Assembly (NCBI GenBank): GCA_002269645.1 | Contig: NIVC01001798.1 | Location: forward strand, 124,001 to 188,000 | Direction: 5' to 3' | Source of the DNA: Macrostomum lignano | Lineage: Eukaryota | DNA length: 64,000 nucleotides | Part shown: one piece after another, positions 1-12,761 of the stretch | Layout of the letters: the number at the start of each line of letters is the position of its first letter | Position numbering within the stretch: position 1 is the first letter of the stretch | Made by a program: the position numbers and the translations under genes | Notes under the pieces: model-generated | Seen by the model: the letters and a program-made list of their open reading frames with translations, nothing else | What the model was told of the DNA's origin: nothing | Databases searched by the model: none

Positions 1-2958
1 CTAACTGCTTCTGTCCATCAATCTACATGTATGAAGGGCGCCTCTCTAACTGCGAATTCTGTCCATCAATCTACTTGTATGAAGGGCGCCTCTCTAACTG
101 CTTCTGTCTATCAATCTACTTGGATCAAGGGCGCCTCTCTAACTGCTTCTGTCTATCAATCTACTTGGATCAAGGGCGCCTCTCTAACTGCTTCTGTCCA
201 TCAATCTACATGTATGAAAGGCGCCTCTCTAACTGCTTCTGTCCATCAATCTACATGTATGAAGGGCGCCTCTCTAACTGCTTCTGTCCATCAATCTACA
301 TGTATGAAGGGCGCCTCTCTAACTGCTTCTGTCCATCAATCTACATGTATGAAGGGCGCCTCTCTAACTGCTTCTGTCTATCAATCTACTTGGATCAAGG
401 GCGCCTCTCTAACTGCTTCTGTCTATCAATCTACTTGGATCAAGGGCGCCTCTCTAACTGCTTCTGTCCATCAATCTACATGTATGAAGGGCGCCTCTCT
501 AACTGCGAATTCTGTCCATCAATCTACTTGTATGAAGGGCGCCTCTCTAACTGCTTCTGTCTATCAATCTACTTGGATCAAGGGCGCCTCTCTAACTGCT
601 TCTGTCTATCAATCTACTTGGATCAAGGGCGCCTCTCTAACTGCTTCTGTCTATCAATCTACATGTATGAAGGGCGCCTCTCTAACTGCTTCTGTCCATC
701 AATCTACATGTATGAAGGGCGCCTCTCTAACTGCTTCTGTCCATCAATCTACATGTATGAAGGGCGCCTCTCTAGCTGCTTCTGTCCATCAATCTACATG
801 TATGAAAGGCGCCTCTCTAACTGCTTCTGTCCATCAATCTACATGTATGAAGGGCGCCTCTCTAACTGCTTCTGTCCATCAATCTACATGTATGAAGGGC
901 GCCTCTCTAACTGCTTCTGTCCATCAATCTACATGTATGAAGGGCGCCTCTCTAACTGCTTCTGTCTATCAATCTACTTGGATCAAGGGCGCCTCTCTAA
1001 CTGCTTCTGTCTATCAATCTACTTGGATCAAGGGCGCCTCTCTAACTGCTTCTGTCTATCAATCTACTTGGATCAAGGGCGCCTCTCTAACTGCTTCTGT
1101 CCATCAATCTACATGTATGAAGGGCGCCTCTCTAACTGCGAATTCTGTCCATCAATCTACTTGTATGAAGGGCGCCTCTCTAACTGCTTCTGTCTATCAA
1201 TCTACATGTATGAATGGCGCCTCTCTAACTGCTTCTGTCTATCAATCTACTTGGATCAAGGGCGCTCTCTAACTGCTTCTGTCCATCAATCTACATGTAT
1301 GAAGGGCGCCTCTCTATCTGCTTCTGTCTATCAATCTACTTGGATCAAGGGCGCCTCTCTAACTGCTTCTGTCTATCAATCTACTTGGATCAAGGGCGCC
1401 TCTCTAACTGCTTCTGTCCATCAATCTACATGTATGAAGGGCGCCTCTCTAACTGCTTCTGTCTATCAATCTACATGTATGAAGGGCGCCTCTCTAACTG
1501 CGAATTCTGTCCATCAATCTACATGTATGAAGGGCGCCTCTCTAACTGCTTCTGTCTATCAATCTACATGTATGAAGGGCGCCTCTCTAACTGCTTCTGT
1601 CCATCAATCTACATGTATGAAGGGCGCCTCTCTAACTGCTTCTGTCTATCAATCTACTTGGATCAAGGGCGCCTCTCTAACTGCTTCCGTCCATCAATCT
1701 ACATGTATGAAGGGCGCCTCTCTAACTGCTTCCGTCCATCAATCTACATGTATGAAGGGCGCCTCTCTAACTGCTTCTGTCCATCAATCTACTTGTATGA
1801 AGGGCGCCTCTCTAACTGCTTCTGTCCTGCATCAATCTACATGTATGAAGGGCGCCTCTCTAACTGCTTCTGTCCATCAATCTACATGTATGAAGGGCGC
1901 CTCTCTAACTGCGAATTCTGTCCATCAATCTACATGTATGAATGGCGCCTCTCTAACTGCGAATTCTGTCCATCAATCTACTTGTATGAAGGGCGCCTCT
2001 CTAACTGCTTCTGTCTATCAATCTACATGTATGAATGGCGCCTCTCTAACTGCTTCTGTCTATCAATCTACATGTATGAAGGGCGCCTCTCTAACTGCTT
2101 CTGTCTATCAATCTACATGTATGAAGGGCGCCTCTCTAACTGCTTCTGTCCATCAATCTACATGTATGAAGGGCGCCTCTCTAACTGCTTCTGTCCATCA
2201 ATCTACATGTATGAATGGCGCCTCTCTAACTGCGAATTCTGTCCATCAATCTACTTGTATGAAGGGCGCCTCTCTAACTGCGAATTCTTTCCATCAATCT
2301 ACATGTATGAAGGGCGCCTCTCTAACTGCTTCTGTCTATCAATCTACTTGTATGAAGGGCGCCTCTCTAACTGTTTCTGTCTATCAATCTACATGTATGA
2401 AGGGCGCCTCTCTAACTGCTTCTGTCTATCAATCTACATGTATGAAGGGCGCCTCTCTAACTGCTTCTGTCCATCAATCTACATGTATGAATGGCGCCTC
2501 TCTAACTGCGAATTCTGTCCATCAATCTACATGTATGAAGGGCGCCTCTCTAACTGCTTCTGTCTATCAATCTACATGTATGAAGGGCGCCTCTCTAACT
2601 GCTTCTGTCTATCAATCTACATGTATGAAGGGCGCCTCTCTAACTGCTTCTGTCTATCAATCTACATGTATGAAGGGCGCCTCTCTAACTGCTTCTGTCT
2701 ATCAATCTACATGTATGAATGGCGCCTCTCTAACTGCTTCTGTCTATCAATCTACTTGGATCAAGGGCGCTCTCTAACTGCTTCTGTCCATCAATCTACA
2801 TGTATGAAGGGCGCCTCTCTAACTGTTTCTGTCCATCAATCTACATGTATGAAGGGCGCCTCTCTAACTGCTTCTGTCCATCAATCTACATGTATGAAGG
2901 GCGCCTCTCTAACTGCTTCTGTCCATCAATCTACATGTATTAAGGGCGCCTCTCTGCA
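1..2958. repeat. 45-bp tandem satellite (48-bp and GGATCAAG variants), runs off the window start
   Basis: Unit CTAACTGCTTCTGTCCATCAATCTACATGTATGAAGGGCGCCTCT repeated about 65 times; explains ORFs 27..2777, 31..1272 and 1295..3064. Confidence 0.97.
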
Positions 2959-3937
2959 TTTGTCTATTAATATATCTGGGAGTAGGCGACTCTTCACCGC
3001 CTTGTATAGTTCTCCGTCCTACCATCATATAATTTGTCAGATCTTTGAAATTTCCCCGTTCTGATAGGGCCTAGGCCTATAGCCTAGCATATATCTGTTT
3101 CTTTTCTAATAAGGGTTTTACTAAATGTATATTATTGTAGTCATATTATTAAATTTTATATTGTGCCTTTGGCTTTGCTCGTATTACTTACAGTTACAAT
3201 ACTCGTAATTGTACTTATTTACAATTAAATTAAATTAGACGTTTACTAGGCCTTTTACTCTTCAATTATACAGTAAAGCGGCAACCATTAGGCCTAGTAG
3301 GCCGCGCCTATCTTGGCCTGTCTTGTTGATTCGATCTTCTTTTCTATGTTGCAGAATTCTTAAAAGAAAATGTATATGGAATTATATGTCGCTTTTAGCT
3401 ACTGTTAGTAGAAATAAAAGCATTTAATAGGAATATTTTGTCAAAATGGAAAAATCCTCCTATGTATTTTGCATTAAAATTGGTACATTTTTAAGCAAAA
3501 AATATTTGCAATTACGTGGCTTAAATGAGTTGTTCTTTTAAAAAAAAGATCTTATTCAATGTAAGGTAGAAGAATCAAGCGAGAAATAAGTTTTTTTGGA
3601 CAATTTTTGTTCGTTCGGTTTTGAAGATTCTTCTGTTCGGTTGATGAGGGTCTCCCTAAAACACGCCCCGCACCGCCCCAGCAGCGCTACACATTATAAC
3701 TTTTTTGTCAATGCAGTGTTTGATTGCTGAGAAAACTGATTGATGTTAGTGTAAAATAATAACTATTTTAATAATTTTATATATATATATACATTTTTTA
3801 ATCAGAGCGAACATTGATACTTACCATCATTTAAATTTATCGTATGGGGGCTGCACGTGCATGCCAGCAACTTGCGTGTCAAGCAGCTTAATTTTTATTT
3901 TATTGCAAGAAATGAATTATTCTTAATAAAGTTTTAA

Positions 3938-6900
3938 ATGCTATCGACAGCTATTGCTTTAAAGCTATTAAAAGAGCACTCCTCCCAAGCCTGTGTTATC
4001 GACTCACCTGTATATAGACCCACAGAGTCCCTTTATCTGTATAAACCTAAATCGACGTCCGAGTCAGATGACTGGAAGGCGGATGGCTATTTATGGAAAG
4101 ACGGAGGACGAGACCGACTGCCGAGGTAAAAATTCTGATCATCCAGACACAATAGGTCTAAAAGCACTATTTCAAATGGTACTGAAACAGTTTCTATTAG
4201 GTTATACAGCATTTGTTTGCTGTATCTTATATATTAAATATAAAATGTAATGTAAAATTAAATGTAGAATTTTAGTAAATAGGTAAATTCTGTATACCTG
4301 TGACAAGGTTCTGCTTCCAATGATCTAGATAGATCATAGAAACATTATTTCTTGCTGCTTAATGTCAATAAAACTGGATATTTTCAGATTTTTTATTAGT
4401 AAATGTCTTATTACTAGCATTGCATTATATTTTCTTTTTTGAATAAATATTTTAAATATTGACACAATCTTTCTTTTTAATATTAATATTGGTTAACCCA
4501 TAAATACTTCATTAAAAGTCTTAAAATTGATTGTGTTAATATAGGCTTTGATAAGTTATAAAACTAATTTTAGCTCCTACAAAATAGTCTCTTGTAAATG
4601 ATAATAAGATTAATTGTTAAGGCCTGTGCATGATGTTGGTATACAATAGCTGGAGACAAAAGGTCTTTTTATTTCAATAGATAAAATGGCAGTGAAGAGT
4701 TTGTGCTTCTCTGTATGTATATTTGTAAAATTACTAAAAGCACAAGATTGAGGGGCCTAGGGAGGTGCAAAAAGGTGGTGTGGCATGATAGGCTTTGCCA
4801 ACCCCCTCCTGCCCCGACTTAGCAAGCCGACTAGCTTGGTATGCACCACCCCACCCCAGCTAGATAAGGTTGGGTGGTTTCCAGTGTGGCTGCATTGGTG
4901 TTGCCAGTTGTGTACATTCTTGCTGCCACAATTAAAGCTATTGATTTTGACTGTTCTGAATGTTTTTATGCAAATAAGCTTGTATTAGAGTGGGGCTAGA
5001 TTATTAGCAAAGTCAAAATTATTTTAGATAATATAGGTTATAGGCTTTAGTGTAGTACATGAACTAATTTAAATAAAATAAGAATATAATTTATAAACAA
5101 ATTCCTCATATAAATTCATACAAAACGTTTTTTCCATCCAAAAGTATAAAAGTTTTGTTAAAATAATTGGCATTTTGTCTCCAAAAATAATATATAAAAA
5201 TTATTTTTAGAATCAACTTATTGAAATATGCATAAATCCATTAACACATTGACATAGCCATAAGATATGCTTATAACACCAAACAAGTTGTTTCTGGTAT
5301 GTTCTTTAAGAACAATATTATGTTTTTTTTTATAAAATGCTACAGCTACATATATACAATATAAAACCTTGCGCTTTCGAATTTAATCTAGCAAATTATA
5401 ATTTTTGACAAAATTAATAATAACTTTTTAGAATACGTCCAACTCTATATAAGTACCGCTATTTGTCCAGAGACACCTCTGGACAAATGTCCCGCTTGTT
5501 CATCAGACAAGCGTATCAATTAATTAATTCTAATGGCTCTAAAGATTCAAGGTAAATATAAATTATAAAATGTTGAATAAAATCGGGTGTAGCATCCTGT
5601 TTTTGACAGTTTAATATACTAACTGCTTCTAATGTTCTTATTTCAGCAAGACACTGATCCACTATATCGGAAATCCATCAGTGCAACCACCTGCTAACAT
5701 GGTGTATCACGGAAACCGCAAGCACTGTGGAACTTTTATGCGGACTAGCCCATCGGTGCTCGGCAATCTTCGAGCCGAACTTTCGACCCTTGCTCCTTCG
5801 CAAGCATATCGACTTTATCTAGGTCAGAGCAGCAACCCAGTGCGTAATCCTCGGAATCTAAAGCAAGTCGAGAACCTTAAGAGCTCTATGCCAAATATGC
5901 TTTCAAAAGACGAAATTATGAACATTCACATTCTTGCCAATGAACTACCAGGATTCATTCGTACAATCCAGACGTTTCCTGACTTAGCTATTCCAGCTGG
6001 CTGTCCTGAGCTTCTGGACTTGCTAAATCGCATTTTATTGTTGGACGATAGGAATCAGCTATTGTCGTATGATACTGGATTTGAGATGACAAGAGCACTA
6101 GTCTCACCTCTTGTAATTCGATTACCAATTTTCATTAACAATCCGGTTTGCCCAGCCTTTTTTCTCATTCACCATCGAAAGCTCGAGGCTCGCCACAAAC
6201 TTTTGTGGCAAGAAGTGAAATCCTCGCTTCCTGCATTGGCAACTACTAATGTGGCATGCGTTATGGATGGAGAAATTGGGCTGAGAAATTCGATGGCTTC
6301 TGTCTTCCCCAATATCCGATTTTTGGGATGCTGGAACCATCTGAAGCGGGACGTCCGGTTCTGGATTCGCAAGAACGGTGGAACATCGGCTGATGAAGAC
6401 ATGATTTCAGCAGATCTACTCTCCCTGCTAGAAACAGACAGCATCGAGCAGTACAATGCCCAGTATGCAAGCTGCAAAAAAAACTGGAATCCAAGTTTTG
6501 CCGCTTATTTTGACAATCAAATTCACCCATTAATCCCTAAATTTTTTGCAAAGTGGATTCTACAATCGCACTACTGCCCAGTTACCGGTGTAACTCAGAA
6601 CCAATCAGAATCAATAAACGCAATGCTCAAGCGTGTGCTTAACTTCAAGGATGCAACGATCGATGACTGCATTGTCGGACTTTACCAAACTTCTCGATAC
6701 TACAGGAACGAAATTCTTCGTGGTTTGTGTGGCCAAGGAAACTACACACTAAAGCCGGAGTTCCAACATCTACAACAGTCGCCCGAAACTGTAACACTCT
6801 CTCCATCGTTGTCGTTAGAACAAATAGCTGCGAACATTCAACGCCGGCACTCTCAGACTTCAGCGACTCGAGAAATTCGAGAAATTGGTGCGATTAAAGT

Positions 6901-8867
6901 GACTGTCATACGTCCCAACATGAGTTTCTATGATAGCAACAGCAATGAGTCAGGTGGCACGGGGCCTTCATTGTCCAATGATGCTACTGGTACTCCTGTT
7001 CACCAGCCCGTTGGAGAATCTAGCCACAAATCTGTGCGAGTTAATGTCGATCTAGACGACAACGAACAGTCGACACGGATCAGCTTGCTTAGTGAGCAAC
7101 ATAAAGTTTCATTCAACCCTACTCTTGGTAACTTCATAGTGACTAACGTTGCCGGACGAAATAATGTTGTGACATTTAGCAACGGCGTTGCTTCGTGTTC
7201 TTGTGTCTCTGCTCAATCGTGTTCGCATATCGCAGCGGTTAGACGAAAAATTGGATTGCCCCGAGTTGCCGAGAAGCCTGTAGGAATCGGCAAAATCTTA
7301 AAAGCTTCTCGATCGAATAAGGGACGTCGACGCAAAGGATTTTCTCGAGAGGAACGCATCGAACAAAATAAGCTTTGGCGTCATGAACGTGCACATGAAT
7401 CTATAACTTGTGAGTCTGCTAACCGTAGCAATGGTGAGTTTCCACGAATACCAACAGTCAGGGGCGGATTTAGGGGGGGGGGAGCGGGGGAGCGACTGCC
7501 CCCCCCGAAACAGCTGGATGAAACATATTGCCCCCCCCCCAAAAAACCTAAGTTTGTGCCCTTTAAACTTGATTTTTCGCCCCCTACACGCATTTTTTGC
7601 GCCCCTAGCTTAAAAATTGGCGCCCCTCATACTCATGTTGCGCCACAAACTTGGACCGCCCACCTTAAATAAAATCCTAGATCCGCCACTGCCAACAGTG
7701 ATAAACGAGCCAGCCGCTCATGCTTTTGTTGATTGTTCTGATCATGTCGCCAGTTTTGTTACTGTCGAAGCTTCGGCGCTATCGACATCAGGCTATCGTC
7801 CATTCGGCCTACCCAATCGTAATGGAAAACTCTGTTGGTTCAACGCCAGTCTTCACGCAGTTGGTGCGGCATTGTCAGGGAGAAATTTTTCTGAAACAGC
7901 CGTGAATTCGTCCTTTCTTATACGACTCTTGGCCAACATTTCGAGCGGATCTGGATTCAGCGAATATTTGTACAACACTGCATTGGAAGAATGCTGTACG
8001 GCTGGTCAAATAAATACCAACGAATATAACGACTGCTTTGAATTTTTCGTGCTCATTTCTCAAAAGCTGCAGACTATTCGTCGCCAGTTTAGAATTCAGG
8101 TAATACTTCTCGTTTCTAAATTTCAAAAAGCACTTACGAGTACAGAAACTTGCTTTACTTTTTGAACGGAAACCATTTGAAACGACAATATCATAGGGAA
8201 CTAATGTAGTAAAAAGAGGCAAATACATGTAAACAAATATGAATCCAGGATCGGACACGTACAGCATAGATGGCAGTAAGAGAGTACAGGCACTTTAAAT
8301 CGATGTTTTCAATTCCGTCTCAGCTGTTTGGCTTTATTATTTTAGCTCGGCGGGTCCACCCTATGTCTCCGGTGCAATAATGCCGCGACTACTGAAAGTT
8401 TGCATGAAACATTCGTGGTGGTTCAACCAGTTGAAGGACAGCAGCTGATTCAGCTTGTGAATGCGGCACTACGACCGGACGAGTCTGATGACATCACATG
8501 CACAGCCTGTCAGACAAGTAGCTGCGTTCATAGCAGAACTCCTCAAAATGCGCCACCTCTCCTGTGCTTCGTCGTGAACAGGCTCTTGAGAAGCCAGGCA
8601 ACTATTGTCAAGAACCGAGTGGGCTTCGATTTAACGCCAGAAATTGACTATAACAATCAGCGCTATTGCCTCCAAAGTGTGATTGTGCACCTGGGAGAAC
8701 GAGTCGACGAAGGTCATTACGTCGCTTATGTATTTCCATCAAAAGGTGACATATGCTACTTGCTGGACGATCTAATGACCACAGAGCTAAGCACTTCTAC
8801 GTCTTTGCTGAAAAATATTTCGTCAGATGCTCGACTAGTTATATACAAACGTCAGCCGAAAGGTTAA
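3938..8867 (+). CDS. Spliced transposase-deubiquitinase fusion (CG-1-like DBD + MULE DDE + SWIM + USP/C19), 1013 aa once the MITE is removed; currently interrupted
   Basis: Exons 3938-4125, 5432-5551, 5647-7458 joined to 7700-8099, and 8346-8867. All introns are GT-AG with matching phases (2, 2, 0). Total 3042 nt = 1014 codons with no internal stop. Confidence 0.85.
5647..7458 (+). CDS. MULE transposase catalytic region plus SWIM zinc finger
   Basis: SYDTGF (D1), VMDGEIGLRNSMASVFPN (D2), CWNH (CxxH), TQNQSESINAMLKR (E), CSCVSAQSCSHIAAV (SWIM CxC..CxH). Confidence 0.9.
7459..7691. mobile_element. hAT-type MITE, 233 bp, inserted in the transposase exon
   Basis: TIRs CAGGGGCGGATTTAGG / CCTAGATCCGCCACTG; perfect 8-bp TSD CCAACAGT at 7451-7458 and 7692-7699. 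Confidence 0.93.
7700..8867 (+). CDS. Ubiquitin-specific protease (peptidase C19) domain, two exons
   Basis: Cys box GLPNRNGKLCWFNASLHAV; NDCFEFF (QDAxEFL-like); CLRC and CTAC zinc-finger pairs; PPLLCFVVNRL; His box YCLQSVIVHLGERVDEGHYVAYV; YLLDD. Phase-0 intron 8100-8345. Confidence 0.85.
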
Positions 8868-11800
8868 TTTTCTATCAACTCTGAAGCTACGAAACTGTTG
8901 TATTTTCGTCCTGTGGTAATAATAATTTAGCTAATTTCTAGCATAGCTCGTTTATTATATATAGCAGAGTACTGATGATTATTTTCAAATGGGCATTTAC
9001 ATTTCATAAAAAGCCCTGCAAGAAGTGGACTTTGAATAAAGAGTTGTGTGAATCTGTGAAATAGATTAAAAGAAAAATAGCTTGTAGTATATAGTATAGC
9101 AATGAGCTTGTGTTTGTATGCCTGTTTCTTGGTAAGTTTGTTTCACTAAGGTGAAAAAAGCATGTGGCAGTGCCTATTTATTGACTGATGAAACAGATTT
9201 TGGTACATTGAGTACATGATAATGTTCATGAGTATGGAGAATAGATAGGCTAGATAGGGGTGCTGAGTCAGGTATTGGGACCTGAGTGCTTTTGAACTGT
9301 CTGTTTGCATGAAAATGTTAAGGACAGTGAATTCCAAGAGTGCACAATGCACAACCATGTCATAATGGTAATGGCAATGAGATCATAGTTTAGAGGTTTT
9401 CATTTATAGCTAATCATCATATTATTATTAAATTGTTTGCTGATAAGAAAATGGCTATGTATTTACTTAAACTTTTTATGTTTAAACCTTTTCTGTTTGT
9501 ATGCTTAAAGTTATTTATATTATTAAGTGTTCAACTTACTTCATTGCTATAATGCCAACATTTATTTTACTTTCAATATAGCAAGAAAAATTTCATATAA
9601 AATGGCACTTTATGCATCAGATGTTACTATTTGTTACTTTTTTCTATTTTGTCTATTGAGAATCCATTTTGCCTATTTTGCCTACTTGTCTATTTGAGAA
9701 TAAAAAAACAATATTTTTTGCAACTTTGAACATTTTTGCCTTTTTTTCCAAATTTAAAAGAGTAAGATCTAATTAAGTGTAAATAGTCTTTTAGTTTAAT
9801 AATGTTTTTTCTTGTTTTTAAGTAAATGGCACTGTTACAACTTTTTCTGTTATAACATTTTTGAAAAGCACTTTTTTGTTCTCTTGAAATGTTAAATTCT
9901 AATATATCCCTGTTACTTTTTAATTTTTGTGTTCCCTGTTATTAGAACTTGTCCTTTTTTCAATCTGGAATATGTGCTATTTTGCTTACTGTGTATTTTT
10001 TCTAAGCCATCTAATTATATTGGTTAATATAGACTTTGAAAAAATATGCTGTTTTAATTTGTTACTATCATAAAAATGTACTTTATTACTGGCATATTGT
10101 TGAATTAATTATTTATGTTTAGTGTCTGAAAAATGAAATGAGCCAACTATAATCAATACTATATACAATCGAATAATGCATTAGACATTAAATATAAATC
10201 AAATGCAGGAGAAATAATAAAAAATAACATCAGAGATTCAGAGTAAAAAAGTGCAAGTGTAGGTGAAAAAAATTCCAGAAAATTTGGGGGCGTTAAAGAT
10301 GCAAAATCTGCCGCTAAATTAAAAAAAGGCTTGTAACAACATTCGAGTGAAATTTTGGCTATAACCTAGACCTAGGGCTAGGCTAACCAAGTTATGCTAT
10401 TAAATAGCAGATGAAATGTAGTTACAACCACTTCGTTTACTCAGCAGGCAGACGGTATTTCTTGTTGAAAGAGAACCAAAGATACATTAAGTTATTGACA
10501 CTGTTGTGGGGGCCTACGGCTTTACTTTCGCTTTGCTACGCTAGATGACTAAAGTAGCTTACCTGGACTTGTTGGTTTTCTAGTTCTTTGGTTAGATACT
10601 TGAAGCGTGTATATTGCTTGTTGGTTAGTTTAGAATTGTCTTAATGTAATTACTTTACCGTTGGCGTTAGCTTAGATATTCAGAGAGCTTCATCATGAGT
10701 GGAGCTCCTAACAAAATGACCGTGTATAAGTGTATTAGATTCAACGTATTATATAAGCACGTGTTATTTTCTATTCACGATTCAACAAACTAATGTAACA
10801 CGGTAAAGTTGAATACCTGTTGACAAGTCTAGTGCGCTTTCTGCTAAAAATTCTTTAAACTTAGGATTTTCTACTTCTAATAAAATAAATGCATTTAATT
10901 AAAATTTTTATCTTAGCATAAAACTTATTTTGCAAAGTCTTACAAACCAAATTGTTATAACGTGTAGCGCTGCTGGGGCGGTGCGGGGCGTGTTTTAGGG
11001 AGACCCGTTGATGATTCTGAAATCTGAAAACCGAACCGAACATGTAATTTGGTATCATCAACCGAACACTAGAATTTTTTGCTTAACTATACATCAGATT
11101 GGTATGTGTGTTATATTACTTTGTAGAAAATTTAACACTGAATTCAAAAAGTATTTTGTTTTGAATGTAAGTTAAAAATTGTGGTCTGTAGACCAATTCT
11201 TCTGCAGACATCCCAAATCAAGAAAAAACTCTGAAACGCGTATTTCTTTAATAATTTCTATCAATAATGCTCATTTTCTCGAGTATCTATTGAGTAGATT
11301 GTCTAAACTTTATCTCATTTTGTAGATGAGAATGTTTTCTTTCAAATGATATGGCACTTTTATAGACTCTTTAAATATATTTCCAATGAGACAGTAAAAA
11401 CGAAAGTCACTTGCATGTTCGGTTTTGAAGATCCCTTGTTCGGTTGATGAGATCTTACCCTAGGCCTAAGTAGATTTTTTGGTAGAAAAGTAATGTCATA
11501 TAGCTAGTGTAAATAACAGGTAGAAGGTAGAAAAAATTTATAAAATCAATCATATAAAACAAACATTTCACTTTAGCCAAAAGTTTTGGTATATATTAGA
11601 TGATATATAATGCCTAATATTTTAATAACATTCACCAATTAGAATCCATACCATATTGGCTTAACAACATACATACATGCGCAATCCCCTGATTTACACT
11701 AGTGTTATTTATGACAGACTAGGGCACAGTCCTATTACATGTAAATATAGTAGGCTGAGCTTGCTGAAGTTGCCAAGGCCTGAGGCCATTATATAGGCCT

Positions 11801-12761
11801 AGGGATCAGGTATTGGCTTTTAGTGTCATCAGGCCCGCGCTATTCGTAACTCGTGGTCGTGATCAATCATTTAAAACTGCAATAGCAGGAAAGTTCACAA
11901 CCCTGATACGTGTTAATAAAAGCATAAATTTTATGAAATAGGCTATTTTTATTTTGGATTGATTCATAAATGCATTTAAAAATAGACTGTTGTTTATTTA
12001 TGTGAATCCAATCATTTCCCGTGAAACAACAATTTTAATTGTGCCTAGGTTATGTGATTTTTATTATTAGTTTGTTTCGTGAACTTTTTTACGGGCGAGT
12101 CAGGACTACTAAAGTTCCTTTAAAGCGAGCCTCGAGACTCGAGTATTTCTCGGAGAAACAGTATGATTCGAGAAGTGCAGGGCGATTACTGGACTTATAT
12201 AATAAGTTTTTGATTCATTTTATTTTTAAGATTGGTTTCAAATCTAGATCACAGGTCATTTCATCGTGAATAGTGATTACTGTCACTGATTTTAGTCTAT
12301 TATTATTTTTTTGCTCTTTAAAGCAATTAGAATACTGTGTGCTTTAAGGATCAAGATGCTTAAATACTTTAACTTATCTGACTTCTCTGGATTTATGATT
12401 ATGTTTTAGATAGGTTACATGGTTTGATGATCATACATAAAAAACTTTTTGTTTTGAGGCATGTTAAAAAGTAAGGCAAAAAGACAAATAAATATATTCT
12501 AAAATAAATTTATTTAAAATTTCTGTGCTAAAGATCATGTTCTACCGAAAGGGCTTAAAAATTACTTACAAATTCCTGCATAAATTAAAATTAGCTTGTT
12601 TTTATGTCATAATATAGCAACAATCAGCACAACAATACATAGAAATAATATTAATAAGTAGCTATTCTATCGACTTTTTTCATGCACTGTTATCTTAGTA
12701 AATTACATGTACCAAGTTCATTTAAAAAATCTATCAAAACAATTTTCATGACTAGTCGCGC

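Larger units (their letters stand above)
3648..11006 (+). mobile_element. Mutator-like (MULE) DNA transposon, 7359 bp
   Basis: 53-bp TIRs: 3648-3700 GGGTCTCCCTAAAACACGCCCCGCACCGCCCCAGCAGCGCTACACATTATAAC and its reverse complement at 10954-11006 (1 mismatch). 8-bp TSD GTTGATGA at 3640-3647 and 11007-11014. MULE transposase inside. Confidence 0.92.

Noticed and set aside
27-3064. 916-, 413- and 589-aa ORFs
   Set aside because: Translations of the 45-bp satellite; no start context, signal peptide or splice evidence in the window.
8100-8147. 46-nt mini-intron alternative in the USP region
   Set aside because: Leads to a stop after 16 codons; the 8100-8345 intron restores the USP fingers and His box.
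8870-10950. Second (mudrB-like) gene in the 3' part of the MULE
   Set aside because: Candidate minus-strand splice sites around 10430-10710 gave stops in all phase-compatible frames.
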